From NCBI GenBank assembly GCA_951406725.2, contig OX597814.1:190898001-190962000 (forward strand): DNA of 64,000 nucleotides, in the 5' to 3' direction. Of the stretch, positions 37,570 through 49,396 are shown one piece after another. Under the pieces are notes generated by a model. That model made no database searches. It saw nothing but the letters and a program-made list of their open reading frames with translations, and was not told where the DNA came from. The stretch comes from Octopus vulgaris (lineage: Eukaryota). Position 1 is the stretch's first letter; each line of letters starts with the position of its first letter. Both the position numbers and the translations under genes were made by a program.

Positions 37570-39681
37570 GTCAGACAGAATTTATTGAGGCAGATTTTCT
37601 ATGGCCAGATATTCTTCCTGTCCCCACCCCTCACCTGTTTCCAAGCAAGATAATATTTTCCAATAGTCAGACAGGTTTTACACAGAAGACTGGAAATGAA
37701 CCGCCTCTCTTGTACGACAGTGATACTCATTTACAATCATCCAGGGATGTCAAGACAAGAACCTATTGATTACATCAACCCCAGTGTTCAGCTGGTACTT
37801 ATTTTATTGACCCCAAAAAGATGAATGGCCAAGTTGACCTCAGAGGGATTTCAACTCAGAACAAAAAGTCAGATAAAATACCGCCAAGCATTTTGCCCAG
37901 CATGCAGTGTATCAATTATTCTTCCAGCTCATCAATGCTTCCTACTAAATGCACAAGGCCTGAAATTTGGGTGGGAAGGAAGTTAGCTGGTTATGTTAAC
38001 CCCCAGTGCTTGACCAGTACTTATATATCAACTCCCAAAGGATGAAAGGCAAAGTCAACTTCAGAGGAATTTGAAGAAAGGAAACATTAACTTGATGGTA
38101 TTTGAAATTAGGCATAGCTAAATACTGCAAAGTGTTTTGTCCAATGCCCAACACCCAATCAATAATGATAGTAATGATGATGATAATAACAACAATAATA
38201 ATTGTTGCAATAAAGGTTGCAAGACGCAACGAAAATTTTAGGAAAATAAAAATAAGAAATAAGTGGAAATTTTACCAGTGAGTGTGTTACATAATAAGGC
38301 ACAAAAAGAAAATGACTCTCCCCAGACACAACAGAATATGCTTCAACACATGAACTCATATAAAGAATCTTGCAAACCAAATCCAAAAACGAAAACAATA
38401 ATAATTGTTTTAAGGTTAGGCAGGGAGGAAGCCAGTCAATTTCATTGGTTCTACTATTTGACTGGTATTGTATTTCATCAACATGAAAAGTTGAAAGACA
38501 AAGTTGACCTCAGCAGGATTTGAATATGTTCTGAGTTCAAATACTATGTAGGTCGACTTTGCATTTCATCCTTTCAAGGTCAATAAAATAAAGTACAGGT
38601 CAAGTACTGAGTCAATAGTATTGACTAATTACCTCTCCTCGAAAGTGCTGGCCTTATGCCTAAATTATTATTATTATCATTATTAACATCTGACTTATTC
38701 AGCTTGTAGCTGGAAGTGTCATTAATGTACCAACTTCCTGTCAACTAAGGTGGTATGTTCTTTTCAAGTCTTGGGGACTTAGCAGAGACTCCTAACACTG
38801 CCAAGTCCTTTTTTCATTTTTATGCCGATCTTATGCAACCACTTTTAAAATTTCTTTTCTCACTGTAACTAGGGTACCAATAATTATTGGCACAATGTAA
38901 ACCATTAAGGCGACGAGCTGGAAGAATTATGAGCACACTGGATGAAATGCTTAGTGGTCGATGTAATTGACTTAATCCCTTTCCCCAAATTTGAGGCCTT
39001 GTGCTTCCAATAGAAAGGATTATTATTATTACCTCTGCCTTAGCGAAGGTATTGTTTTCAGTTGTGTTTGTTTGTTTGTGGACAAGAACCACTGGATGGA
39101 TTTGGGTGAACCTTTCAGGGATGTTTGGCCTCATGACTGGCACAAACTGATTAGATTTTGAGAATAATCCAGTACAGGACAAGGATTCTGGATTATCTTT
39201 CCTGTTTTTTTTTGTTTTTTTGCTTAATTTTTGAGCGCAGTTGGGTTCATTTTTAGTATTCTCATTTGTGAGAGCAGTTGAGTTTATTTCAGATATTCTC
39301 ATTTTAAAAATCATCTCAGGCTAATCATTGAGAGGACGTTAGTGTTGCCTTGACAGAGGTTTGTGCTCTCTGAGCGCTCTTGTTATTTATTATTATTATT
39401 ATTATTATTAAGGTGGTGAGCTGGCTATTTTGCTACCATGCTGGACAAAATGCTTGGTAGCATTTCTTCTGGCTTACACTGAGCTCAAATTCTGCTAAGG
39501 TTGATTTTGCCTTTTATCCTTTTGGATTCGATAGAATAAGTACCAGTTAAGTACTGGGGTCAATATAACTGACATGCCATCCTCCCACAATATTTCAGGA
39601 CTTGTGCCTATAGTAGAAAGGAATATTACTAACAACAACAACAACATTAATCACAGGCAAGAGGTAAGAAATGATACGTAC

Positions 39682-39839
39682 GTTCTGTTTGAGCTGCTTG
39701 TAATTGCTGCTTCAAGCGAGATACCTCAGCTCGGAGGTGTTCTATGTGCTGGGCAAGGTTCTGTGCAGTATCTCCGTTATTCATATCACGTGGGGAAGGA
39801 GGAGAGGACACAGGCTGATCAAGTTTCGCTTGTAACATT
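39682..39839 (-). CDS. CCDC6: CCDC6 exon: (R)MLQAKLDQPVSSPPSPRDMNNGDTAQNLAQHIEHLRAEVSRLKQQLQAAQTE(H)
   Basis: 158 nt, atttcag| and |gtacgt, phase 2/1. Contains the KLDQPVSxPPSPRD motif; seen in ORF track 39647..39838. Confidence 0.95.
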
Positions 39840-39910
39840 CTGAAATAGTAATATTGTAAAACTGTTTAAGCTGCTAGAATTGGGGAAGTTCAAAATAAAT
39901 AAATATCAAT

Positions 39911-40190
39911 ATATGTATGCTTAAGAATGAAGTGTTGGCTCAGTATAGAGCGGTGATAAGAAAAAGAGATGACCAAGGAATAAATGAATATCTTATGCAC
40001 TTCATTAGTTTACAGCCGTTTCTGCTATAAGATGCAGTGGAGTCATTGTTGAGTGCCTGAATAACTTGACATCTCTCTTTCTTATTATTGCTCTATACTC
40101 AGCCAACACTTTGTTCTGAAATAAATGTATATTGAGTTCTACATCAGGTTATCGGTCTCACAATTCTTAAGTGAAATATTAAATAAATAT
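39911..40190. repeat. Inverted repeat plus tail, probable Penelope terminal remnant
   Basis: Arms about 39924-39977 / 40065-40117. A hammerhead 3' half (GAAAC-GGCU-GUA) lies on the minus strand at about 40010-40022. Confidence 0.5.
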
Positions 40191-43127
40191 CTTTCACAAC
40201 AACAACTTACTTGAATAATAGTATTTATTAATAATGATAATGAATTCTCACAGAGACACAAAAGCCAAGTATTAATGAAGAGGGATTAAGCTGATTAAAG
40301 TGACCCATGTAAGTGACTGTGCTTATTTTAAGAACCTTCAATGAGGATGAAAATCAAAGTCAATCTTGGTGAGATTTTAACTAAGAATATAAACACAAAT
40401 ACTTGTAAGGTAGTCAACTCCAAAATATTGGCTTTGTGTTTTAAAAAGTTTAAAAAGGGTTAAGACCCACTTTGGTCATGAATGACCATGGGATTGCACA
40501 TAGAAAGTTCTCCTCCAAGGCACAAGTCTGGGAAAGGTTGTTTAGGAAGACCAGCAGCTGTCCATGAGAGTGGTGGGGAGATGTATATATGTGCACATGC
40601 ATTTTAGTTTTAGTAAATGCCTCCCCACTGCTTAACAACCAGCATTGGTTTATGTTCCTGTAGTAGCAGTTCAAGCGAAGAGACTGATATAATAAGTACC
40701 AGATTTTTAAAAAAAAAGTACTGGAGTCAATTTCTTTGACTAAACACCTTAGCATGACAATAGTCCAACGACTAAACCAAGATAGAAAAATACTGTAATG
40801 GTGAAACCGCAGTCCATGAGTGGAGGGATTATAGGTAAAATGTTACTACTACAATAACTTTGAAACTACTAAACAAGATGTCAAAACACGCCACCTCTGA
40901 GCAGTGACTGTAGAATCACTTTGCAATCCAGCTGTAATCCATTAGTCTAAAAGGAACACTGCTGAAGACATTGCTTTCAATTAGTGTGTGACATACAAAA
41001 GTCAGTCAACTAGATCCCAGCTGTTCAAATTATAGACCGAAGCTGAACTCTTAAGCTAGAAGCCATTATAAGCAGCTTCACCCTTTGAATTCCAAACTGT
41101 TCAAAACTGCCTTTAGTTATATGATACAGAATTTTGTGCTTTAAAGAATTCATTAAAACCTCATATCATAATTGTGTAGGAATATCAGTTTAATAACAAA
41201 AGTAATAATTGTTTGAAATGTTGGCACAATACTAGCAATTTTGAAGGGAGGTGAAGTCAATTGCATTGCTCTCAGCACTCAACTGGCACCTTATTTTACT
41301 GATCCTAAAAGGATGAACAGTAAAGTCGCCCTTGATGGCATTTGAACTTGGAACATAAAAGGTTGGCAGAAAGGCCTCTGGGCATTTTCTCTCGTGTGAT
41401 AATGATTTAGCCAGCTTCCCACCTTAAGATTGATAATAAACACTCCTCCCAAAATCTTGATTATTTTCAAAATTAACTGAAACACAGAGGCAGTATTACT
41501 TGTTTCAGTCACAAAAGTGTTTAAACCCCTTCGCATTCACATTACTCTGCCAAAAGCAATGCATATTTATTCACATCATTTTGAATTAACCACGCATTGT
41601 CTCATAGCTTTGAGATTTCAATGATGATGATCATCATCATTTAACGTCCGTTTTCCATGGGTTGGAGGATTCAATCAGGGTCTGGGCAGCCAGGTAGCTG
41701 CACCAGGCTCCAGTCTGATTTGGCAGTGTTTCTACAGCTGGATGCCCTTCCTAATGCCAACTACTCTGTGAGTGTAGTGGGTGCTTTTTACGTGCCACCA
41801 GCACAGGGGCCAGAGGAGGCTGGTAACGGCCATGATCGGTTGGTGCTCCCTACATGTCACCGACACAGACGCCAGTCAGGTGGCGCTGGCATCAGCCACG
41901 TTCAAATGGTGCTTTTTACGTGCCACTGGAATGGGTATCATAACTACAATTTCCATTAGTATTGTAGAAGGTGTGAGAGGCCAGATTTGATTTGAACATA
42001 AAACAGGTAGAATATTTGTGTTGGAAATGATTGGTTTGCATGCTAAAGAGTTAATGAAATAAATACAACTTAGAATCTAAAACAAACAGTAGATATAGGA
42101 ACATATGAATGTTTTAGCTACTCATTTCCCATTCTCTATAAATAGGAGGCTACAAATCAAATGAGATAACAATATTAATTGCTTTACAAACGTTTAGCTT
42201 CAACTCATTTAACAGCAATTGTTTTCATGCTTGCTTCAATTTTAATGAGTATTCAAGGCCACTCTTGCATTTTTTTTTCCTCACATCTATAGCATCCATT
42301 TTCTGTAACAATGTTTACCAAATTACAAGCAAGTGAAGCTAAGCGACACACAACAATTTTATTGAAACATTTTATATCTACTTTTACATAATACTAAAGC
42401 ACAGCAGGCCTCTACCATTTGTTGTTTCATTCTGCCAGCTTCGTTTTCCTTAGTTCCATCAGTTCAGCCCCAACTATTTCCCTCAGAACTTCCTTTGGTC
42501 TATATTTGTTTTAATTATCTCCAGGTACATTTCTTCTAGTAGTAGAAGATGTTTCTCACAATTTTGTAATAGATTTTCCTTTGGGAATTCCTTGCATGGA
42601 CAGCCCCCAACCTCCACTTCCATCAAAAACAGAGCTGGCAGAAACTTAGAGGAACATTAGCAGAAGCATCTAAATACTCTCACCTGAATTTCAATTCCAA
42701 CCCAGGTGAGCCGCTACAGAAAATAGCACATCCATTCCTTGCTGCAGTTACTTCACAGCTATTTTGTTTTTCTAATATTATACCCTTCAGTCTAATATGG
42801 ATGGGTGGATGTAGGGAGTGACAGGTGACCAATGGTGCCTACTTTAGGGAAAGGTAGAGAGAAGCAGAAGAGAGTAGGGAAGTAATGATGATACACCTTA
42901 TGTAGTGACTCTTTTACTTGTTTCAGTCATTTGACTGCAGCCATGCTGGAGCACCACCTTTCAGTCAAGCAAATCGACCCCCAGGACTTATTCTTTGTAA
43001 GCCTAGTACTTATTCTATTGGTCTCTTTTGCCGAACTGCTAAGTTACGGGTATGTAAACATACCAGCATCGGTTGTCAAGCGATGTTGTGGGGGCAAACA
43101 CAGACACACAAACATATACACACACAT

Positions 43128-43170
<43 letters not shown>

Positions 43171-44383
43171 AGAAGCAGAAGAGAACAGGGAAGGTTACAA
43201 AAAAATCAATAAATGATCGAAGTACTGCTGTCAAAATTCATTATGTATTTTATCTTCTAGCTTTTACTTGTTTCAGACATCAGACTGCGACCATGCTGGG
43301 GCACTGCCTTGAATTTTTAGCCAAACGAGTCAAACCCAGTACTTATTCTATTGGCTTCTTTTAATGAACCACTAAATTACAGGCACATAAGCACACTGAC
43401 ACCAATTGCCAAGTGCTGGGGAGTTGGGTGCAAAACACAGACATAAAGAGACACACATATGTTTACATACACGCACAACAGACTTCTTTCAGCTTCCCTC
43501 TACTGAATTCACTCACAAGGCTTTCGTTGGTCTGAGGCTATAACAGAAGACACTTGCCCAAGGTGCCACGCAGTGGGACTGAACCAAGAACCACAAGCCA
43601 CACCTGTGCCTATGTATGCCTGCTGATTTAGAATGATCTCAAACATTTTTTTTTTAAACGATACTCATTGTTTCAAGAATTAACCAAAAATAATAATAAT
43701 AATTTTTTCCAAGGTAAAAAGAAAAATATCAACTAGGCGCAGGAGTGGCTGTGTGGTAAGTAGTTTTTTATGTGGCACCAGCACCAACAGGGTCACCAAG
43801 TACACTCTTGAGAGACAAGGGGTGATGGTGAGAACAGATGAGTAATATAAAAGCTTGGGCTGGGTGAGTGGACAGGATGAGGTGTCTCACCCTCTCTTCT
43901 AAATGTGAGTAACCTATATAACAATAACCAGTTACATTTCTAGTAGTAGATGTTTCTCATAATTTTCTAATAGATTTATTTTTGGGAATTCCTTGCATAG
44001 ACAGCCCCCACCACCACTTCCATCAAAAACAAAGCTGGCAGAAACTCAGAGGAACATTAGCAGAAGCACCTAAATACTCTCACCTGAATTTTAATTCCAG
44101 CCCAGGTTCCTATATAACAATAACCTGCTCTGCCCCTACTTCTCATACTCTAACCCTTCATCTCCCATCACTTTGGGTTTTGCATACTTACAAGCTGCAT
44201 GGCAACTTTACTAGTGCTGGTGGCATAAAAAAAAAGTTGTTTCTATAACTGGATACCTTTCCTAAAAGCAACCACTTGGATACTTTTTTTTCTTCCACTG
44301 GCACAAACCAGATCATCATGCAGCTTATAAGTCTACAAAACCCCAAAGGCCAACAACTTTATGCTGTGTTGGTGTGTTTATGT

Positions 44384-45309
44384 GCTGGAATACTGCAGGG
44401 AGACACACTCACCCCATTTCTTTTCATCATTGTTGTTGATTATGTGCTACGTATGTCAGTTGATACTATCTCTGGCAAGGGCTTTGAAATAAAACCAAGA
44501 AGAAGTTCCAGACACCCAGCTGAGTACTTGACAGACACTGACTTTGCTGACGACATCGCTCTTATCAGTGATTCTCTCTCCAATGCCCAGTCTCTTTTAC
44601 AATCTCTTGAACAAGCCTCAAATTGTGTTGGTCTTTACCTCAATGAGGCCAAAACTGAATACATAAACAAGTGCCTGTCCAACAGTGATTGCATCATCCA
44701 TACTCTCAACAATGCACCCTTAAATATGGTTTCTGATTATAAATATCTTGGGTCATACATATCATCATCTGGAAAAGACTTTCTAACTAGAAAGGGTATG
44801 GCCTGGTCAGCCTGTAATGACATGCATAAGATCTGGTCATCAAATCTAAGTAGAGACTTCAAACTTGAAATCTTCAAAGCCACAGTCGAACCAATTCTAC
44901 TATATGGCTCAGAAACCTGGACGTTATCAAAGAAGCTTGAGAGGCGGTTGGATGGAACCTACACTCGCCTCCTTATGAGAGCTCAAAATCTCTCGTGGAA
45001 GCGCCATCCAACCAAAATGCAAATATATGGGAAACTACCACCTGTGTCATCTCTTGTGAAAAGTAGGAGAGTCCAATTTGCTGGACATTGTTGTAGAGCT
45101 GAAAAAGAAGTAATTTCTACTCTTCTCCTCTGGAAGCCATCTACTCGCAATACCAGAGGGCGCACACTCTCCTACCCTGATGTAATCTCCAGGGATACAG
45201 GCATCCAGCAACAGGACCTCCGTAATGCCATGATGGACCGTGAAGTCTGGCATAGCATGGTAAATTCCATTGTCTCGACCACGGTCGAACAATGATGATG
45301 ATGATGATG
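44384..45309 (+). mobile_element. 5'-truncated RTE-clade-like LINE (RT C-terminal half)
   Basis: GILQGDTLTPFLF, DFADDIAL, YKYLGS, LLYGSETW, FAGHC in an uninterrupted frame; (GAT)n tail immediately after the stop. Confidence 0.9.
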
Positions 45310-45365
45310 TTGCTGTAAGATGAGGATTAAGGTATGAGAAGTGGGTGCAGCAGAGCAGGCATATA

Positions 45366-45854
45366 CCATAAATCCTTGAGTATAATCCGCACTTTCTTCC
45401 CAAAATTTAAAGGTCAAAATCCCTAGTGCATACTATATACAAGGTTAAAAATGAAAATTATTTTCTAAGCAATGTCCGAGTCTCTATTTGCTCTCCGGCA
45501 ATGTTTATTCATACGCATTTTGTGATGTCGGGCGCAAAAATAACTTAAATCATCTATAACTTGCAGTTAGCAACATTTATTAAATGTTATTACTGTTATT
45601 ATTGTTATTTCTTTATTTTCTGCAAACAAAATGCACAAAAAGGCTACACGTTTGCATTACGTTATATATACAATAATAATAAAGGACATTACCATATACA
45701 TTTTTACAAACCAAGGACGTTATATAGCCCTCCTTGACTCAAGTTAGAGAAGGGGTGCATATTATACACAAGGTCTAGATTTTTCAGAGGTACAACCCCC
45801 TAAAAATCCCCTGCGTATTATACTCAAGGGCGGACTATACTTGAGGATTTACGG
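45366..45854. mobile_element. Second copy of the pogo/Tigger-like MITE, opposite orientation to 35741-36262
   Basis: Same TIRs and TA TSD; the internal sequence is the reverse complement of the first copy. Confidence 0.8.
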
Positions 45855-46297
45855 TACTAACAACTAAGCTAATTTTAAAAACCAATAATGCCTTATATAC
45901 ACTATATACAATGCATACTCACACATACAGCTTTATATCTGTTTTACAATTGAATGTGGAATAGATGATGCATAATCATCCTTCATGTATTCTTCTGTAT
46001 ATTCAAAGTCCAGTCAATCAGATTTAGCCACTTCCATAGCAAACTTTGTTCCATTTGCCATGGCTACTATCAGAATTCTTTTCAACTAGAGAAATGCTAA
46101 TGGCTGAATGTTTCAATAAACACAATGGGGGAATATCAACAAAACCAGAACATTCACATCCATCATATTCAAATTTTCTCACATTTCTACCATTTTTGTT
46201 CAGTAATAATAATAGTGTTAATTTACTGAGTGAGAGAGAGAGAGAGATAGACAGATAGACAGACAGACAATAACTATATACCCAAAATTTGAGTTAC

Positions 46298-46401
46298 CTT
46301 TTCTCTGCTTCTAATTTATCCATCCGTTTCCACAGCCTGTTCACAAGTGATTCTTGTTCCTGTTCAAGAGCATTTTCCAATTCAACTTTTTCTCGGCGCA
46401 A
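46298..46401 (-). CDS. CCDC6: CCDC6 exon: [34 protein letters not shown](R)
   Basis: 104 nt, ttcttttag| and |gtaac, phase 0/2. Contains the conserved [17 protein letters not shown] motif. Confidence 0.95.
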
Positions 46402-47744
46402 CTAAAAGAATAAGAAATTAGAAGAGTTGATCAGCAAGCATCTTGCGGAGGGGGGGGGGGGGGATTATGTTTAGAAATGGCTGAGAGGTAAAAGAGCTTT
46501 ACTGCTGACCACATGGTCATAGATTAATATCTGATTGCATTAAGATGTTAATCTGTTGACTAGGCACATAACACAGAAAGCTCCAGTTCACCAACAGTAA
46601 AGAGGGACATCCAATTGTTAAAACAAAAGACACTCCATTACTTCTGCCACACAATATTTTCACTTTTTTTATTTTGACATGTTAAGAGGGAAAAAATATT
46701 AGGCATATTTCAATGTTATTCTGACTTCATTGGTGACACATAGTTGTCACTATTTCCTGAAGAAGTGATGAAAAAGGTCTCCAAATTATCTACAAGGTTG
46801 TACATTGTTGTTATTTAATACTAGGGTCATCAGTCCTAGTACTTATTTCTTTACTACCCACAAGGGGTTAAACACAGAGGGGACAAACAAGGACAGACAA
46901 ACGGATTAAGTCGATTACATCGACCCCAGTGCGTAACTGGTACTTCATTTATTGACCCCGAAAGGATGAAAGGCAAAGTCGACCTTGGCGAAATTTGAAC
47001 TCAGAACGTAACGGCAGACGAAATACGGCTACGCATTTTGCCCGGTGTGCTAACGTTTCTGCCAGCTCACTGCCTAGTACTGATGTAGCAGACCTACAAT
47101 TGAAGCTCTTTCAACCATGATGATCAAACCATTTCGTATATGAGAACTACCATGTCTTATGTAACCTTTTATTAAGACAGGGTAATACTTTGAAGAAAAT
47201 TCAGCTGTTATTTCTAGCTAATCATGCAACCATGTAGTGACTCCCTTGTTGGCATAGAAAACAGATGATAAATAGTTAAGTTGTTGTTAGCATATTTATT
47301 TTGACAACATGATGAAGATTGACCAAAATATGGAAATAATATCAGATAGTGACTAATATGACTGTGTTTCCCCACTTCCCTCTCACCCCATAATTATTTC
47401 CAATTCACTTTTAATGCCTCTTCCAATATGTATCAACCTAACTTTACTGCTTTTCACGTAGATGGCATCTCTGAATTATTTATTCATTAAGTAGACTTGC
47501 ATTTAATAGGGAGAAGAAAACTGATGCTTAGACGGTCATTTGAACAGCAGATTTTCAGTCTCTCTACAAAAAAATATATTATTCAAAGCCGACAGAGTAT
47601 AAGCTAAAAGACAAGGAGCAGCTTAATGCATCACTTCCACAATAACCAACCACCATCCATCACAACACAATAAAAGTTTAATCTGTTGATGAGTTCAAAC
47701 AGAGCACTGAGTCAAATCATACTGGATAAAGGGTAATATTCCAA

Positions 47745-48306
47745 AGGTGTTGTCCGGAAAGCTCGTGCCGATTTTTGAAGGAAAGAAAAAGATCAATAAA
47801 TACTTGCCATTACATTTTTAATCAACCAAATATGAACCATTTTGTTGCACAATGCATCTCCATCTTTCCTTTAACTTGAAAATACCCTCTTCCCAGAATT
47901 GAGGTGGTTTCATGGCAAAGAATTCACCAAGGTATCTTTTTACGCCATCCAAGGAATTCAAATTTTTACTATTAAGACTATTCTGCAGAGACCTGAATTA
48001 GTGGAAATCCGAAGAAGCAGTATCTGGTGAATATGGAGGGTGGAGTAACACATCCCAGCCGAGCTGCAGCAATTTTTGTCTGGTTCCCAAAGCATCAAGT
48101 GCCGAAAATGAACTTTCTTATCTTCCATTTTAAAGGGTTACAGAATTAACAAAGGTTATAGGAACATAAACCTTCTTCCAAGAAAAGATAGCTTAAACTC
48201 TGCTCTAAATGGAGGTGTAGTCAAATCCTATGGACTCAACCATGTTCTAAAATAAGTTGAAAGATAAGCTACTATAAATCGGCACAAACTTTCCGGACAA
48301 CCCAAT
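47745..48306 (-). mobile_element. Internally deleted mariner element
   Basis: TIRs GTTGTCCGGAAAG(C/T)T(C/T)GTGCCGATTT. Transposase C-terminus WDVTPPSIFTRY-like frameshifted region reading PPYSPDTASSDFH*FRSLQNSL..FWEEGI.KL.ERW..IVQQNGSY. Confidence 0.85.
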
Positions 48307-48767
48307 ATTTTCAAACATCTTTTTTCAAAGAAGACTGAAAACAAACATCACTTGCATGAAAGTGATGGACATTTACAACCAACACATGATATCAAGACAA
48401 GGGAATTCACAAACATACACACAAAAAGTTTCTTTCAACTTTCAGCTGTCAAATCTACTCGCAAGGCTTTGGTTGACTAAGGGCCATAGTAGAAGACACT
48501 TGCCCAAGGAGCTGCACAATGAGATTGATCTTGAGAACACGATTCAGGAGTAAACTTCTCAATTATACAGCCATACCTGCACCTATGTATAAGTGTATGT
48601 GCATGCATGTGTGTGTGTGTGTATATAGGCATGTTTGTGTGTGTGTCTCACTTCTTGACAACAAGTGTTTGGTTTGTTTACATCCCTATAACTTAACAAT
48701 TTGGTTAAATGAGAGTTATGGAATAAATAACAGACTTACAAATAAGCACTAAGATTGAGATGGATAA

Positions 48768-48824
<57 letters not shown>

Positions 48825-48825
<1 letters not shown>

Positions 48826-49149
48826 TACCAGTGCCGGTGGCATGTAAGAGAACTGTCCAAACGTGGCCGTTGCCAGCGCTGCCCCGACTGGCCTCCGCAC
48901 CGGTGGCACATAAAAAGCACCATCCAATCATGGCCGTTTGCCAGCCTCGCCTGGCACCTGTGCAGGTGGCACATAAAAAGCACCCACTACACTCTCGGAG
49001 TGGTTGGCGTTAGGAAGGGCATCCAGCTGTAGAAACACTGCCAGATCAGACTGGGCCTGGCGCAGCCTCCTGACTTCCCAGACCCCAGTTGAACCTTCCG
49101 ACCCATGCTAGCATGGAAAACGGACATTAAACAATGATGATGATGATGA
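48825..49149 (+). mobile_element. 3'UTR-only copy of the RTE LINE. Other copies: about 21430-21990 +, 30701-31050 -, 31252-31690 -, 34190-34670 +, 41630-41957 -, 49167-49370 -, 52655-52860 -
   Basis: Shared GGAAGGGCATCCAGCTGTAGAAAC...GCATGGAAAACGGAC(A/G)TTAAA(GAT)n terminus. Confidence 0.8.
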
Positions 49150-49396
49150 TATATATATATATATATCATCATCATCATTTAACATCTGTCTTCCATGCTG
49201 GTATAGGTTGGACAGTTTGCCAGGAGTTGGTAAGCCAGAAGACTGTACCTAGCTTGACTGTTTTGTTTTGGTATGGTTTTCATGGCTGGCTGCCCTTCCT
49301 AATGCCAACCACTTTACAGAGTGGACTGGATGTTTTTCTTGTGGCACCAACACTGGCAATGTTTTATACACACACACTTGGATGGATATATATATA

